A stretch of DNA of 64,000 nucleotides, from the IMG/VR virus record IMGVR_UViG_3300025018_000137, positions 11,143 through 75,142 of that record; one strand, 5' to 3'. Below, one piece after another: positions 1 to 8,393 of the stretch; within the stretch, counting starts at the first letter, position 1; each line of letters begins with the position of its first letter. Below the pieces are notes generated by a model, which saw only the letters and a program-made list of their open reading frames with translations, had not been told where the DNA came from and did no database searches. This DNA is from a virus (Duplodnaviria > Caudoviricetes). The translations under genes were made by a program, and so were the position numbers.

Positions 1-50
1 CCACGTCTGTACCAACGCATCAAAGGTTTTCGCTTCTCTCGGGATTGGCA

Positions 51-338
51 TTACTTTCTATCTCCCAAAATGTCTCTTTCTACTACGTTCAGGCGGCGAT
101 AAGCATCGGCCGCCCCACTGCAATGTTTCTTGTCGATCTTGTCCAGCAACCAGCACAGCCAATCGCACGGCACACACACGTCCCGGTAGCGCCCCGCCCG
201 CGAACTGATCGTTTCGTATGGGCTGCCGAGCATGAGCGCGTTGGCGAACAGATCGAGCGCCAACAAGAGGTTCATAGTCCATAAGCTAAGCGCAGCGCAG
301 ACCTTGCACTTTTTGCCTTTGAGAGTTGCGGGTTTCAT
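51..338 (-). CDS. Small conserved phage protein, possibly membrane-associated
   Basis: 95-aa ORF with hydrophobic LLLALDLFANALMLG followed by a PYETISSRAG...LDKIDKKHC pattern that I recall from uncharacterised phage proteins. Confidence 0.5.
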   Translation of the reverse strand: MKPATLKGKKCKVCAALSLWTMNLLLALDLFANALMLGSPYETISSRAGRYRDVCVPCDWLCWLLDKIDKKHCSGAADAYRRLNVVERDILGDRK

Positions 339-351
339 CGTGACCTCATGG

Positions 352-681
352 CTACATCGACGCTCCGGTGGCCGGATCGAGGACTTCGCCCATGTCCTCC
401 CCCGTCAAACCAGAATCTAGGTACACCTTGAATCGTGTTTGACGTACAGAACCGTCTTGGTTCCTGATCGGGATATACCCGAACGCCACGTAGCGATCAT
501 TCTCAATTCTTTCCCACCCGGTCATGGTGAACCGTACTTGCGTAGCTGCGGGCAGGACGATCGTATCTGCGGGCTCGATGAATGCCTGCGACCGGGGCAG
601 CCATTTGGCTACTCGGGTGGCCACTTGTTCGACGAGGAAGGTGTTGAACCAGCCCGCTAGTCTGTCATTCCAAGTGGCCAC
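352..681 (-). CDS. Hypothetical protein
   Basis: 109-aa ORF, co-oriented and tightly packed with neighbours. Confidence 0.5.
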   Translation of the reverse strand: MATWNDRLAGWFNTFLVEQVATRVAKWLPRSQAFIEPADTIVLPAATQVRFTMTGWERIENDRYVAFGYIPIRNQDGSVRQTRFKVYLDSGLTGEDMGEVLDPATGASM

Positions 682-760
682 GAATTTCTCCTACTTGACA
701 AGCAGCAGGAATATACCATAGACCGCAGAATACTGGCAATTCGAGGTTGTGAAATCGTTT

Positions 761-2263
761 TCACTTTCTGGACAGGGTAATCCCTAGTCGGTGTGAAAAC
801 GATTGCAAGGCTTTGTCGCCGAGCCCCATCGATTCCCCGTCCGACAGGCAAAGTTCCTCGAACTCGAAGAGAAGAGCGGCGGACATCACCTTCGCGTTCT
901 TCATCTTCGGAGCGGTTGCCTTCCAGTAGAAGACGTTCCCGCCGGGCCAACACTCGATGTTGTTCCAGAAGTGGCCAGCGATGGCTTTGAACTCTTCTTG
1001 CGTATGGAACTTCTGAATCTTGGGATTGCTGAGTGCGTCCCCCAGACGTACGCCCGGCTCCGAATCGAACACGAAGTACCCTGCATTCCTGATCCCGGAA
1101 TACTCGTAGTTGTAGTCAGAGATGTCGCGGCACGTACCGTAGACTGCCGTCTTGATTCCGCACAGCGCGTGCACGATCGCGAGAACGCATTGCCTGTCAC
1201 GAGGGAACGGGATGGAATTCATCACCGATGCCAAGAAGATCGAACTGAATGGTCGGCCTTCCGCCACCTCGTCCAAGAACTCCGACGCCTTCTCCCTACT
1301 GTAGCCCGGGTCAGGTACGTGCGCTTCAGTATCCGGGTTGATCCGAAACGGCTCGAAGTCTACGCACTCGACCCCCTTGCTGCGAAGGTACGGTCCGACC
1401 TTGCAGAGACCCGCCCCGAAGTCGCAAACATAGTCGCCGTGCATCGTCCTGAACTTGCGCCAGTAGTTGGTGCTATACGAGTCCGCGTCACGGAGCGTCT
1501 TGCATCCGTTGGCCCAGAACCGATAGGACTTCGGGAGTCTGCCTCGGTTGTTCTGCGGGCGTCGGTACGCTGAATACCGCAGGAGCTGAGCGAACTCGCC
1601 ATCGACAGCGTAGTCCATGCTGAGGTAGTTGAGCATGTTCGACGCGAAGTCACCGATGTCCTCCGGGATTTCGATGGTTGGCCATTCTGTAATGCCCTCG
1701 TGGCGGGCCTCGAATAGCCGGAATACCCCGTTGATTACCCGCCCCGTAGGCGTGCGTACTATGGGGATTTTTACCCCCTTCCTGCGCATGCTGGACGCGA
1801 TGAGTAGGGACTTGCGATTGTACTTGTCGGCCATGTCCTTGCCGACACCGACGATCGACCGATCCTCGCATCCATACGCAAACCATTCCTCCCCGTCGAA
1901 GTCAGGCATCCCTTCGGCTTGACGCATCAGGCTGGTGATGTCGATCTTGTCGGTAGAGTTGGAGCCGGTATCGAATGCAGTGAAGTCGTTCGTTGCACGA
2001 TTGAACTGGACGTTGATGCCTTTCTGATTCTTCTCCGAAATATCAACGTAGATGACAGGGGCGGTGCGAAACCCTAGCTCCCTCGCCCGCGCGTGTCGTT
2101 GGTGCCCAGACAAAACCATACCATCTTGGTTGCAGAAGATGGGCTGCACGAAACCCATCTTCGCCAGCGAGATACGCAACAGATTGCTGCGCATCTCGTC
2201 CGCCTTCCTTGGGTTGCTTTCGTCCGGAAAGATGTCATCCAGAGCTACCCGCTCAATCATCAT
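761..2263 (-). CDS. ParB-N-like domain(s) fused to a class I SAM-dependent methyltransferase-like domain
   Basis: N-terminal NPRK...GFVQPIFCNQDGMVLSGHQRH (ParB/Srx-like); second degenerate copy (VKIPIVRTPTGRVINGVFRL); C-terminal CDFGAG SAM-binding motif I and IFLASVMNSIP motif-IV-like segment. Confidence 0.75.
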   Translation of the reverse strand: MMIERVALDDIFPDESNPRKADEMRSNLLRISLAKMGFVQPIFCNQDGMVLSGHQRHARARELGFRTAPVIYVDISEKNQKGINVQFNRATNDFTAFDTGSNSTDKIDITSLMRQAEGMPDFDGEEWFAYGCEDRSIVGVGKDMADKYNRKSLLIASSMRRKGVKIPIVRTPTGRVINGVFRLFEARHEGITEWPTIEIPEDIGDFASNMLNYLSMDYAVDGEFAQLLRYSAYRRPQNNRGRLPKSYRFWANGCKTLRDADSYSTNYWRKFRTMHGDYVCDFGAGLCKVGPYLRSKGVECVDFEPFRINPDTEAHVPDPGYSREKASEFLDEVAEGRPFSSIFLASVMNSIPFPRDRQCVLAIVHALCGIKTAVYGTCRDISDYNYEYSGIRNAGYFVFDSEPGVRLGDALSNPKIQKFHTQEEFKAIAGHFWNNIECWPGGNVFYWKATAPKMKNAKVMSAALLFEFEELCLSDGESMGLGDKALQSFSHRLGITLSRK

Positions 2264-2265
2264 GC

Positions 2266-2982
2266 TCAGGTTCTCCGTGTTCTTCTGGATCGCCGGCCCT
2301 CTTCGATGGCCAATATGCCGAGACGATCCTTCAGCAGCTCGATGATCGCCCCCTCTTCGAAGTCGCCGTCCGTCTTCACGCTGTTGGTCCAGAGACGATA
2401 TACATCGGTGGGTATCCGGAAGATGAACTCCCCGAGCACGAAGCGAACGGTCTCGGGGCCGCGACCTACTACTCGCGACGGCGTGTTCTCCTGCGCCGTA
2501 AGATCACGGGATACCTCCCCGCTAAGACAGTCGTCGGCGACGGTTTGGCCTAGACAGTCGATCTCTTCCTGTGCAAAGCCGAAGTTCGTGAAATCGATTC
2601 CAGAACCGCTGAGCGCGTGAATCTCCTGCGCGAGTAGATCGAGATTCCACGTCGCCTGTTCCGCCACCTTGTTGTCGATGATCCGGAACTGGCGGATCGC
2701 CTCGGGGGATAGATGCTGCGCGAATACAGCGGGCACTTCATCCATGCCGAGAGTCTTCGCCCCCTCGACCCGAGTATGCCCCGCCACCAATACGTTGTTT
2801 CCGTCTAGGACAACCGGGACCAGAAAGCCGAACTCTTGAATGCTGTTGGCTACGGAAGCCACCGCCTCGGCATTGTCCCTCGGGTTGAACTCGTACGGCA
2901 CAATGTCGTCGATACTGACGTACCGAATTTGGATTCTCGGCGGATCGTTCCGCCGGCTACGTCTGCGGGCAACACCATTCAT
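2266..2982 (-). CDS. ParB-N (ParB/Srx-like) domain protein
   Basis: IVPYEFNPRDN...SIQEFGFLVPVVLDGNNVLVAGHTRVEGAKTLG...RIIDNKVAE, typical of ParB-N proteins linked to phage DNA-modification genes; start chosen at the ATG 6 nt after GGAG. Confidence 0.8.
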   Translation of the reverse strand: MNGVARRRSRRNDPPRIQIRYVSIDDIVPYEFNPRDNAEAVASVANSIQEFGFLVPVVLDGNNVLVAGHTRVEGAKTLGMDEVPAVFAQHLSPEAIRQFRIIDNKVAEQATWNLDLLAQEIHALSGSGIDFTNFGFAQEEIDCLGQTVADDCLSGEVSRDLTAQENTPSRVVGRGPETVRFVLGEFIFRIPTDVYRLWTNSVKTDGDFEEGAIIELLKDRLGILAIEEGRRSRRTRRT

Positions 2983-2992
2983 AGTCATCTCC

Positions 2993-3028
2993 AAAAAAAA
3001 AGGGGCAGAGGTTTTACCCCCTGCCCCG
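2993..3028 (-). terminator. Rho-independent terminator
   Basis: Minus strand GGGGCAGGGG-loop-CTCTGCCCC hairpin followed by T9, directly after the 3055-4356 gene. Confidence 0.7.
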
Positions 3029-3054
3029 TGGTCAGAAGCCAAGCGGCCGGAGCA

Positions 3055-4356
3055 TTACCGCGCCGTACGCTTGGCCTTCGGCTTCGCCGCAGGCTTCGCC
3101 TTCGCCGCAGGCTTGGCCTTCGCCGCAGGCTTCGGCGCGGCAACCTTGGTTGCGGCCTTGGCGGCTGCCTTCACGGCCGGCTTGGACGCCGGAGCGGCCT
3201 TGCCCGCAATCGCTTCGGCGCTGGCCTTGGCGGCTTCCCGCTTCAGACGGTTCTGCAGCCTGGTGACCGACGACACGTCGAGATTTTCCTCGGCCCATGC
3301 CGTAAGTACCTGCTCCAACAAGTCGCCGTCGTTCTCGGTGCCGAGGTGTTCCCGCGCCAGATCGAGGATGGCCCGAACGTGATGGCCTGCGGCCTCGACC
3401 AGAGAGAACCGGAAGTTGACTCTCCGAACCACGGTCTTCTCGGTAGCGCCGGAGGTCAGCGTCTGCCTGCTTTCGCTCACAGTGTCCTTCAGTTCCGAGA
3501 CCGTGCTGACGGTTGCCGCCGCTATCAGGTCTGCGTGGTTCGTCTCATCGAGAACCGGGACCACGAGCGCCGCCTTGCTCCAGCCCATCGCCGCAAGATG
3601 CTCTTCGCCGTAGCCGTAGCGGCAGAACGTCGTGTAGATCGCGACGAGGTGCATGGCCACCCGGTAGTCGAGGTGGAGGACATCCGCGCACCAACGGCGG
3701 AATCCGCCGATGCCCGCGTACTCTTCTTCCTCGGCGTACGCCTTGCTGAGACGGATGTGATAGAGCACCCCGCCGAGCTTCCACTGAGCGCTGGTGGTTT
3801 CTTCGGCCAGTTCGAGGGCCTTCTCGGTCAGGTCGCTGCCGTCGCCGATCAGTTCGAGGATTTCCTCGGACTCTTCACCTTCACCAAGAACGATCATGTT
3901 CTTGAGTTCGGGGTCGACTTCTTCGACGCGGGTTGAGGACTTCGAGGCAGCAACCGCCTTGCCCTTGGGAGCGGCCTTGGCCTTGGCCTTCGGAGCAGGG
4001 GCTTCCTGTTCCTCTTCCTCTTCGGCTTCCTCTTCCTCTTCGGCTTCTTCAGCTTCCTCTTCTTCCTCTTCTTCAGCTTCCTCTTCGGCAGGCTCGATCT
4101 CGTCCGAGATCACCGCGACGCCGACAGTCTCGGGGTTCTTCGCTGAGGGCTTCTTCTTGGCGTTGAAGTCCGGGTTGGCAACCGCGAGCACGATCGTCTC
4201 GTCATCGCCTTCTTCTTCCGGGGCCAGAACGCTGACGACTGTGTACTGCTCGCCGACTTCCAGCAACTCGCCGTTCTCGGGCTGCTCCGCATCCTCGTCG
4301 AATCCGAGGAACGTCACAACGCTGCCTTCTTCGTAGCTGATCGTATCTTCGCTCAT
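3055..4356 (-). CDS. Putative DNA-binding protein with acidic tract, helical DUF3102-like core and histone-H1-like Lys/Ala/Pro tail
   Basis: Glu-rich run EEEAEEEEEEEAEE; core GFRRWCADVLHLDYRVAMHLVAIY; C-terminal repeats PAAKAKPAAKAKPAAKPK. Confidence 0.6.
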   Translation of the reverse strand: MSEDTISYEEGSVVTFLGFDEDAEQPENGELLEVGEQYTVVSVLAPEEEGDDETIVLAVANPDFNAKKKPSAKNPETVGVAVISDEIEPAEEEAEEEEEEEAEEAEEEEEAEEEEEQEAPAPKAKAKAAPKGKAVAASKSSTRVEEVDPELKNMIVLGEGEESEEILELIGDGSDLTEKALELAEETTSAQWKLGGVLYHIRLSKAYAEEEEYAGIGGFRRWCADVLHLDYRVAMHLVAIYTTFCRYGYGEEHLAAMGWSKAALVVPVLDETNHADLIAAATVSTVSELKDTVSESRQTLTSGATEKTVVRRVNFRFSLVEAAGHHVRAILDLAREHLGTENDGDLLEQVLTAWAEENLDVSSVTRLQNRLKREAAKASAEAIAGKAAPASKPAVKAAAKAATKVAAPKPAAKAKPAAKAKPAAKPKAKRTAR

Positions 4357-4422
4357 TCGCTTTCCCTACCTGTAAACCTTGGGGTTTGCTCACTTGGACC
4401 GAAACCAAGAGACTGCCGAACA

Positions 4423-4450
4423 ATTGTATCCCGACTATCCGCCGTGTCAA
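4423..4450 (-). promoter_or_regulatory. sigma70-like promoter of the 3055/ParB/MTase operon
   Basis: TTGACA (4450-4445), 16 nt, TACAAT (4428-4423) in the intergenic gap. Confidence 0.7.
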
Positions 4451-4460
4451 CCGCCCACCA

Positions 4461-5144
4461 TTACTCGAATCGGATTGAAATCGACTTCACAATTTCCTCT
4501 GGTTGAATGGTGACGCTGCTCCGCAAGGTATCTGCACGGGATTTGGCGAGTGAATCCTTCGGCCCCTTCGGGTAGTCAGAACCTAGAACCGCTCGCCCGT
4601 ACATCATCGCGGAGAACGCGTCTGCTTTGTCGAAATCAGTGAACGCTTTGTCCCATTCTTGCTTGAGAAATTTTGTTACTTCACCTTTCGAGGCATTGCC
4701 TTTCCCGGTGATGAACTTCTTCAAGGTCGATGGGGGAACGACGATTATAGGGATGTCATCCGAAAGCACAAGGTGTTTCGTGAGGCCAGTCATTTCGGCT
4801 ATCTGGGTCATCCGACTGCTGGCCCCCTTGACGGGCATACCAAAGGCGTAGCCCTCCACGCAGACGGCATCTAGCCTTCTAATCTGTAGAACTTCCCACA
4901 CTGCATGGGCAATGATGACGTTCCGGAGGGTATTGTCCGAGAAGCCCTCTACGTTCACCGTTTTGGTCTGGACGGTACCTTCAGCGTCGACGTAGGCCAT
5001 GCCCGTACTGGTCAGGGACATATCTAGGCCGAGAACTGCCGGGTCATTCGATGGAGAAGCAGGTGCTGACGAAGGGGCACGTCTTCGCGCGGGAAGAGTC
5101 TTCGGACTTGCAGTGCCGCCGGGCCGGGATTTCCTTGGTCTCAT
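4461..5144 (-). CDS. RuvC-like Holliday junction resolvase
   Basis: VLGLDMSLTSTG (catalytic Asp), VCVEGYAF, PPSTLKKFITGKGNASK, DKADA motifs; start uncertain. Confidence 0.8.
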   Translation of the reverse strand: MRPRKSRPGGTASPKTLPARRRAPSSAPASPSNDPAVLGLDMSLTSTGMAYVDAEGTVQTKTVNVEGFSDNTLRNVIIAHAVWEVLQIRRLDAVCVEGYAFGMPVKGASSRMTQIAEMTGLTKHLVLSDDIPIIVVPPSTLKKFITGKGNASKGEVTKFLKQEWDKAFTDFDKADAFSAMMYGRAVLGSDYPKGPKDSLAKSRADTLRSSVTIQPEEIVKSISIRFE

Positions 5145-5976
5145 GGTACTTCCTGATTGCGGCAGCTTCCGCCAGATAGGGCGCAAGGATGGTATCTGCA
5201 TTCGAGGTGTCGACCTTGAACTCCAGATAGGGGCTCCCGGTCCTCCACTCCTTGCATACGTACAGGATCGAAACCCTGTCCGTGATCTTGTGGCCCGCCT
5301 CTCGCGCCAACCACCAATAAAACAGAGCCTGAACCACATGATCCGCCTGCGGGGAGCCGTTGAGGTCTGCAAAACCAGTCGATGAGATTGATTTCACTTC
5401 CGCCAGATGAATTCTTTTGTTGTGAAGGATCGCGAGGTCTGTCGAACCGCTGACCTTCAGCCCCTCATGCCGCAGCAATATCTCTTCGTACTTCGTGAAG
5501 TGCCCGACCCGCCCGCATCCAGTGCACGACTTGTTGTGCTTATTCGCCTTGGCTCTCGTGCACGGCCCTATGGTCGACGGAGCGTGACAAGTGCATCTCC
5601 ATCGGCCGAACAGCATCGGGAAGTCTATGACGTTATCCGTCACGAAATCCTGCACTGCCCTGCCTAGCGCGAAAGTCAGGCGCTGCGACTCCCATATCGG
5701 CGAAGCAGGAACCGGGACTGCCGCCGCCTCGGATATCGCGACCATCCGCATGCACTTGTGAATCAAGTCACTAACGTGGGTGTAATCCCCGTGCCGGAAC
5801 GAATCGTTAGACGGGCGAGAGGTATGGAAGATGCGCAGGATCGGGTCTTTCACCGAGATCGGCCCGATCTGCTGTTCCGAGTCCGCCTTGTTCTGGCGGG
5901 CAGCCTGTCTAGGATTAACGGCCGGCGTGCGCCGCTCCACCGTCTTGCCTAGTATCTTTCTGCGATCAACTGCCAT
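5044..5976 (-). CDS. Cas4/AddB-like PD-(D/E)XK exonuclease
   Basis: HVSDLIHKC, GSTD...AEVKS nuclease motifs, QALFY, and C-terminal C-x10-C-x5-C consistent with an Fe-S staple. Confidence 0.75.
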   Translation of the reverse strand: MAVDRRKILGKTVERRTPAVNPRQAARQNKADSEQQIGPISVKDPILRIFHTSRPSNDSFRHGDYTHVSDLIHKCMRMVAISEAAAVPVPASPIWESQRLTFALGRAVQDFVTDNVIDFPMLFGRWRCTCHAPSTIGPCTRAKANKHNKSCTGCGRVGHFTKYEEILLRHEGLKVSGSTDLAILHNKRIHLAEVKSISSTGFADLNGSPQADHVVQALFYWWLAREAGHKITDRVSILYVCKEWRTGSPYLEFKVDTSNADTILAPYLAEAAAIRKYHETKEIPARRHCKSEDSSRAKTCPFVSTCFSIE

Positions 5977-6340
5977 GATTGGATACCAGTTCTTCTAGGT
6001 CCGACAGCGATAGGACTGCCAGAGAAGTGAGCGACTTGCCGTTCGTGTCGGCAAACTCCACAACGATGACCGGAAGCTCGGTAGCAGTGAGCGCCGCATC
6101 CGTCAGCTTATCGAACATCGCCCGGGTGACTGAAAAGCTCTTCCGCTGAGTGGTCTTTGCCTCCACCCGGAAGATGCCGTGAAATCTGGTCACGTCTCCC
6201 TTGACGTGTTTGTTGCCGGAGCCCGCCGTTACCCTGCCGCCACCGCGCTTCGCCAGCTCTTTCTCTTGCTTTTTGGCTCGGCGGTGGCTGAGTCCGTTGC
6301 TCCCGCTATACGTGCGCGACAGGAACTGGTCGCGACTCAT
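5966..6340 (-). CDS. PD-(D/E)XK endonuclease, archaeal-type (Hjc-like) resolvase candidate
   Basis: GSGNKHVKGDV...FRVEAKTT motif; start overlaps the RecA stop. Confidence 0.55.
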   Translation of the reverse strand: MSRDQFLSRTYSGSNGLSHRRAKKQEKELAKRGGGRVTAGSGNKHVKGDVTRFHGIFRVEAKTTQRKSFSVTRAMFDKLTDAALTATELPVIVVEFADTNGKSLTSLAVLSLSDLEELVSNHGS

Positions 6341-7470
6341 TCGTACATCTTCCCGGTCAACCATGAGACGAAGTAGTCGGGCATCTTCAGGTTCTCTGCC
6401 TGACCGGCTATCAGGTACCAGTACAAGGCCCGGTACACATCGCGATTGTCGTTCAAGAACACTTCGGCCTGCTTGGCGTTCGCGAAGACGTGATGCTCTT
6501 CCCCGAATTCCAAGGTCCACTTCGTGCCTCCGCCAGAGTAGATGCCGAACCGCTTTGCGTACACGAGGAGGGTTCGAGAGTCGTCGATGTCCCCCGTGGA
6601 AATGGCCTCTTCCGGCCTATCCATCCGGCACAGACGGAACTCCCCGGTCCTCGGGCCTTCATTCAGTTTGTTCTTCTGGACGGTGAAGGAATGCTCGTTC
6701 TCCACCATCGTGTCGAAGTCATAGGCTCTGTCCTTGCCGGTTATCTCCTTGTTGCGCATGTACCACGTAATCGAGGGGAAGTGCTCTACTGCGTACCCGC
6801 CCGGCAGGGTACGATTGTCGCCCTTGAAGACTCCGATCTTGGTGCGGAACTGGTTGACGAATAGCACTGCGCATTTGTGCCCACGCATGCGTTCGTGAAT
6901 CATCGCTACGTTCAGTTTGCGGCACAGCATTCCGATGAGACGAGACTGTAGGCCGACGTGCGAATCGGACGCCTCGCCCTCTACCTCTCGATTCGGCACA
7001 AGGGCGGCGAGCGAGTCGACAATCAGAAGGCTGGTCTCCTGCGAGGATATCGTGGCCTCGGCCATGTCCACCGCAATCTCGCCAGTCTCCGGCTCGGCGA
7101 CCAAGATTTTGTCAACGTCTACACCGAGCTTTTCCGCCCACGTAGCATCGAACGTCTTCTCCGGGTCCAACAGAACTACACGCTGATCCGGGTACTGTCT
7201 TTGAGCATTGCCTGCGATCTTCATCGCGATCAGGCTTTTACCCGAGTGCCGGTTGCCGGCCACCTGAGATATGCGGCCTTCCGGTATCCCGCCGAGTAGC
7301 GCGAAGTCCAGAATGAACGCGCCGGTAGATATCCTCTCTGGGGCCTTTGATTCCCTGCCGCTGCGTATCACGCCATCCCCGTACCGTTTGTCGAAAGCAG
7401 CCATAGTAGCGGCCAGCTCTCCCTTAGGGTCCGTGTCCTTTTTCTTGGTTCTTCTCTTGGGCGTGGCCAT
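6337..7470 (-). CDS. recA: RecA-family recombinase
   Basis: ISTGAFILDFALLGGIPEGRISQVAGNRHSGKS (Walker A), LLIVDSLAAL (Walker B), VLFVNQFR, PGG. Confidence 0.93.
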   Translation of the reverse strand: MATPKRRTKKKDTDPKGELAATMAAFDKRYGDGVIRSGRESKAPERISTGAFILDFALLGGIPEGRISQVAGNRHSGKSLIAMKIAGNAQRQYPDQRVVLLDPEKTFDATWAEKLGVDVDKILVAEPETGEIAVDMAEATISSQETSLLIVDSLAALVPNREVEGEASDSHVGLQSRLIGMLCRKLNVAMIHERMRGHKCAVLFVNQFRTKIGVFKGDNRTLPGGYAVEHFPSITWYMRNKEITGKDRAYDFDTMVENEHSFTVQKNKLNEGPRTGEFRLCRMDRPEEAISTGDIDDSRTLLVYAKRFGIYSGGGTKWTLEFGEEHHVFANAKQAEVFLNDNRDVYRALYWYLIAGQAENLKMPDYFVSWLTGKMYE

Positions 7471-7472
7471 CG

Positions 7473-7823
7473 TTATTCGTCCTCCCCAGGGGCGGCGACC
7501 CCATAGTATTCCAGCTCTTGGGTTATCCACCCGCCTACCCGCTCCGCACACTGCCGGAACACGTCGTCCGCCCGCTCGGGAACGCAAGGCATAGTCAAGC
7601 TCGCCTCGATTCTCAGGCTTTCGTAGTTGCCGGTGTTTCTGGTTACGCCCACGGATGCGCGGACAAATGCGGGTTCAACGTCAAACAGGATGGCCTCTAT
7701 CGGCACATCGACTATTTTGTCGTCGACGACTTCTCGGGATACGGTCAGGGTTGTGTGCACCATGCCTTGCCCTGTGGCACCCCGAGAAGTCGATTTTCTC
7801 CTTCTTGCCGTCGCCTGCGTCAT
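7473..7823 (-). CDS. Conserved phage hypothetical protein
   Basis: 116-aa ORF with VGVTRNTGNYESLRIEAS motif, translationally coupled to recA. Confidence 0.55.
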   Translation of the reverse strand: MTQATARRRKSTSRGATGQGMVHTTLTVSREVVDDKIVDVPIEAILFDVEPAFVRASVGVTRNTGNYESLRIEASLTMPCVPERADDVFRQCAERVGGWITQELEYYGVAAPGEDE

Positions 7824-7844
7824 ACCTTCACCTCGCGCTAGGCA

Positions 7845-8393
7845 TTAACTGAAAAGTCTCACCCTCGCCGCATTCACCTCATCCGCAATGCGGGCGACAG
7901 TATCTTCGTGGTCTCGCCGGAGATACCGGAAGTGCTGCTCGTGCACTGCCAGAACTCCTGCGATGGCCTCCAGCTCTTCCCGTAGGTACTGCGGCCATCC
8001 GTACGTCGTATCCGAGAAGATCGGAGCCGGGATGCTCTCCGCCTTGATCCACGTACGCAGGGTGAGCAACGTACGGCCTAGTGCCGCTGCTGCTTCCCGA
8101 GACGAGAAAGACTCGGCCATGAACGGCTCCACACCTTCCGCGTGAAGTTCCCGCTCCGTGCCGTCCCCGAGCAGCCCCTGATCCAAGATCGGGGTCACCT
8201 CGACTCGCTCTCTTTCCCGATACGTACGGCGCGACTGCTCTTTCAGCCCTTCTCTCAGGATGTGATCTGCAGCATACGCCTGCCGTCGGCGTTCGTTACG
8301 ATTTTGGGCAAGCGCAGCCGCTTGCTGTTCTTTGTGCACTGCGCGGATAGACCGGCGGCGTTGCACTTCTGCACTTCGTCGGGCATTCGCCAT
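7845..8393 (-). CDS. HTH (MerR/excisionase-like) DNA-binding protein
   Basis: FSSREAAAALGRTLLTLRTWIKAESIPAP resembles a MerR-type HTH. Confidence 0.55.
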   Translation of the reverse strand: MANARRSAEVQRRRSIRAVHKEQQAAALAQNRNERRRQAYAADHILREGLKEQSRRTYRERERVEVTPILDQGLLGDGTERELHAEGVEPFMAESFSSREAAAALGRTLLTLRTWIKAESIPAPIFSDTTYGWPQYLREELEAIAGVLAVHEQHFRYLRRDHEDTVARIADEVNAARVRLFS

